Shown in pieces: positions 61,187-64,000 of a stretch of DNA of 64,000 nucleotides. Position 1 is the stretch's first letter, and each line of letters starts with the position of its first letter. The translations under genes were made by a program, and so were the position numbers. The notes beneath the pieces are model-generated. The model was not told where the DNA came from, did not search any database, and worked only from the letters and a program-made list of their open reading frames with translations. This stretch comes from Centroscyllium fabricii (taxonomy: Eukaryota), in contig JBNRSN020000039.1 of assembly GCA_051313645.2 (NCBI GenBank), positions 6,820,001 through 6,884,000 on the forward strand, read 5' to 3'.

Positions 61187-64000
61187 TGTGACATTAGGAG
61201 GTAGGACCCAGTAGCAGAGATGAAGCAATGATCCACAGACGCCGGTGTAGAGCAAATCAGGGATCTTTACTGGAGAGTTCTCGACAGTACAAAACAACGC
61301 AACTTAACTAGAGAACATACCAGACTCGCAGCTAGAGATCAAACACAGGACACTTCAGCACACAGAAAACAACTCAAGATTCCGCAATAAGGCAGAGCAA
61401 GCATATCAATTAAAAGAGTGTCGTACCAAGCTTGACATAAGACAACTGAGATTCAGTTAGCCTCTGTTGAGGTCTTCCGTGATAGAAGACACTTGAGAGT
61501 AATCTAGCCTCTGTTGAGGCCTTGTACGCTAACTTCCGCCCTCTGGTGGTCAGACAGAGCCATGACAGAAGCCCTTCCCCAGGAGCAGTTCCAGCCACAG
61601 ACCCAGGGTGACCACCACGCAGCCTGTTGAAATCCCGAACGAGTCTGTTTGTGCGGCCCCTGCCGTGGTCTGGTTCTCGTGTCTGGGCCACTCTGACTAT
61701 GGTCTCTATACTCAAGATCATGGGGACCACAATGCGGGAGCAGATGATGATTGGCTCGGGGACATTCCTCTCGTTAGAGGGATCGTGTAGCAGAGAAAAG
61801 GCATCTGCCTTCTGGTTATTGGACACTAGGCTATACGCAAGTGTGCAGTCGAATCTGTTTAAGAAGAGAGCCCATCTGGCCCAGCGGGCGTTCAATCTCT
61901 TGGCTTCTTGGAAGGAGATCAGCGTTTTGTTGTCGGTCCAGATCACAAAGTGGGGAGGCGCCCCCTCCAGCCAGTGTCTCCACTCCTCAGGTGCCAACTT
62001 AATTGCCAAGTGCTCTCGGTTCCCTATATCGTAGTTGTGTTCAGTGGGTGAGAATCTCTTGGAGATGAAGGCACATGGGTGAAGTTTCTGGTCCCTATCA
62101 TCTTGCTGTCGAAGGACCATCCCTGCTCCAACATCAGAGGTATCAACCTCCACAGGGAACGGGCGAGAATGCTCAGTGTGGACGAGGATGAGTGCAGGGG
62201 TGAAACGTCTCTTAAGCTCCTCAAATGCACTTTCAGCCTCAGGGGTCCAGTGATAGTTGGTCTTTGAACCCCGGGTTCCTTCGAGCGAGGCGCTGCCACA
62301 GAGCCAACGTTGTGTATGAAACGCCTGTAGAAATTAGCAAACCCGAGGAACCACTGAACATGTTTGAGGGAGGAGGGGCGGGGCCAGTCGGTGACTGTCT
62401 TGACATTTCCGGGGTCCACTTGAATGACCGTGGTAGATATGATGTGGCCCAGACATGAGTTTCATGACACATGGAACTCACATTTCCCTAATTTGATGTA
62501 TAGCTGATTCAGTAGGAAGCGTTTTTGGACTTGGCGGACATGCAGGCTGTGGTCTTGGAGGGACTTGGACAAAATGACGATGTTATCAAGATAAATGCAG
62601 AATAAGCGATTCAACATGTCTCTACGAGTGTCATTGACCAACGCCTGGTGAGTTCAACAACCCGAATGGCATAACCAAGTACTCTTCGTGGCCAATAGAG
62701 GTGTTAAAGGCTGTTTTTCACTCTTCTCCCTCTCTGATTCTCACCAGATTGTACGCATTGCAGAGATCCAGTTTGGTGAAGATTCCGGCCTCTCGGGCCA
62801 TCTCCATGGCAGAGGACATCAGTGGCAGGGGGTAACGATTTTTAATAGTGATTTTATTCGGCCATCGGTAATCAATGCAGAGACGCAGACCACCATCCTT
62901 CTTTCCCAAGAGGAAGAAGCCTGCGCGAGCTGGAGAAGTTGAGAGACAAATGAAGATTGCCTTCCAGAGGCTCAGGTACGTAGTTGTCCATGGTAGCTGC
63001 TTCGGGCTCAGAGAGGGATTAACGACGGCCCCGGGGTGGAGTGGAGCCCTTTCGGAGATCTATGGCACAGACATTGGGGCGATGCAGGCTAACGGTGGTG
63101 GCTCTCCTTTTACTGAAGGCCTCTCGGAGGTCAGAGTATTCAGGAGGAGGCGCGGAGAGGTTTTGAGGATCAATGGATGCAGGTGGAGGACATGGAGAGA
63201 ATCTTCGTTGGGGTTTCGGGCAATCGGTCTGGCAGGTTTTGCCCCAGTGGCCCAGGAAAATTGGGGTAATGCTGCACTAACCAGGGGTAACCTATAACTA
63301 GGGGGTTCTCGGGATAGGTGATAAACAGGAGGCTAAGGGTCTCTGAGTGGTTCTCCCCAACCTGCAGTTGAAGGGGTTTGGTCTGGAATCTTACATGGTT
63401 GGAACCCATGGAATGTCAATCGAGGGCTTGTACCTGCAGGGGGATGGGGCATTCCATGCAGGGGATTTGTAATTCTTTGGCTAGCGTTTGATCGATGAAG
63501 TTGTTGGCAGCCCCGGAGTTGATGAAAGTTTGAACGTGGTGCTGGTGGTTGTTCCAATGGAGAGTGGCTGGCAGTTACAGATGGTTTCTAGTTGGAATGC
63601 AGGTCAGTGCACAACTCGTCAGTGTTGCCCTTTGCCCTGATGAGCCTCGGCTTTTTCCTGTCAGCTCAGGGCAAGTTGAACAGAAATGGCCGAGGCCTCC
63701 GTAGTAGGCACAGCACCCCTTAGGCGTGCGGCATTCTCGTTGCTCTGGGCTCAGGCACATGCGACCAAGTTGCATGGACTCCTCCGGTTGGGGCTCAGGG
63801 GGCTTAGGGAGCTCGGGAATCCAGGAGACTGAGGAGGTGTCTGGGGGACGCTGTCTTACTCATTCTCGGATGCGGTTATCGATTTTGATTGCCAGGGTTA
63901 TCAGCTGCTCTCGGTCTTCTCCCAGATCTCGAGAGACCAGTTCGTCCTTGATCGAGTTACAAAAGGTCATGGTGGAAGGCGGCGATCAATGTCTCTCGAT
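61187..64000 (-). mobile_element. Sushi/chromovirus-like Gypsy LTR retrotransposon, degenerate, integrase largely deleted; 3' LTR 61187-61567; runs off the window
   Basis: gag MQLG...[29 protein letters not shown]...KNRYPLPL, RNase H EVDTSDVGAG...EEWRHWLEG. The minus-strand LTR runs TGTCATG...TGTCACA after a purine tract ggggaaggg. Confidence 0.9.

Overview
Repeat-dense vertebrate DNA, most likely from a cartilaginous fish (HE1-type V-SINEs, a SacSINE1/DeuSINE-like element, shark-type CR1 LINEs, a GPR139-like GPCR). Positions 1-~32 kb are a decayed composite macro-repeat. Each unit consists of a 60-bp minisatellite array, a ~1 kb conserved unique block and a GA-rich tract. On the minus strand the conserved block carries a hepatocyte-like promoter signature (two HNF1-like palindromes, a FOXA motif, a TATA-like stretch) directly upstream of a 46-nt signal-peptide-like exon (MKAALLALALICLRC|GTGAGT), seen in 9 copies, most of them disabled. 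Positions 18.5-36.1 kb are a recent head-to-tail duplication joined by 4 bp of microhomology; one copy holds a non-autonomous VNTR-containing retroposon with a Rex1-like tail. The rest contains a frameshifted GPR139-like exon, a near-intact full-length CR1 (esterase ORF1), two Mag-like Gypsy elements (one with a self-complementary PBS and a YLDN RT motif), a rearranged Tx1, a sushi-like Gypsy, Penelope and L2 fragments, and a possible retroviral env remnant. No intact host protein-coding gene is supported. All calls come from reading the sequence by eye; no searches were run and boundaries of degenerate elements are approximate.
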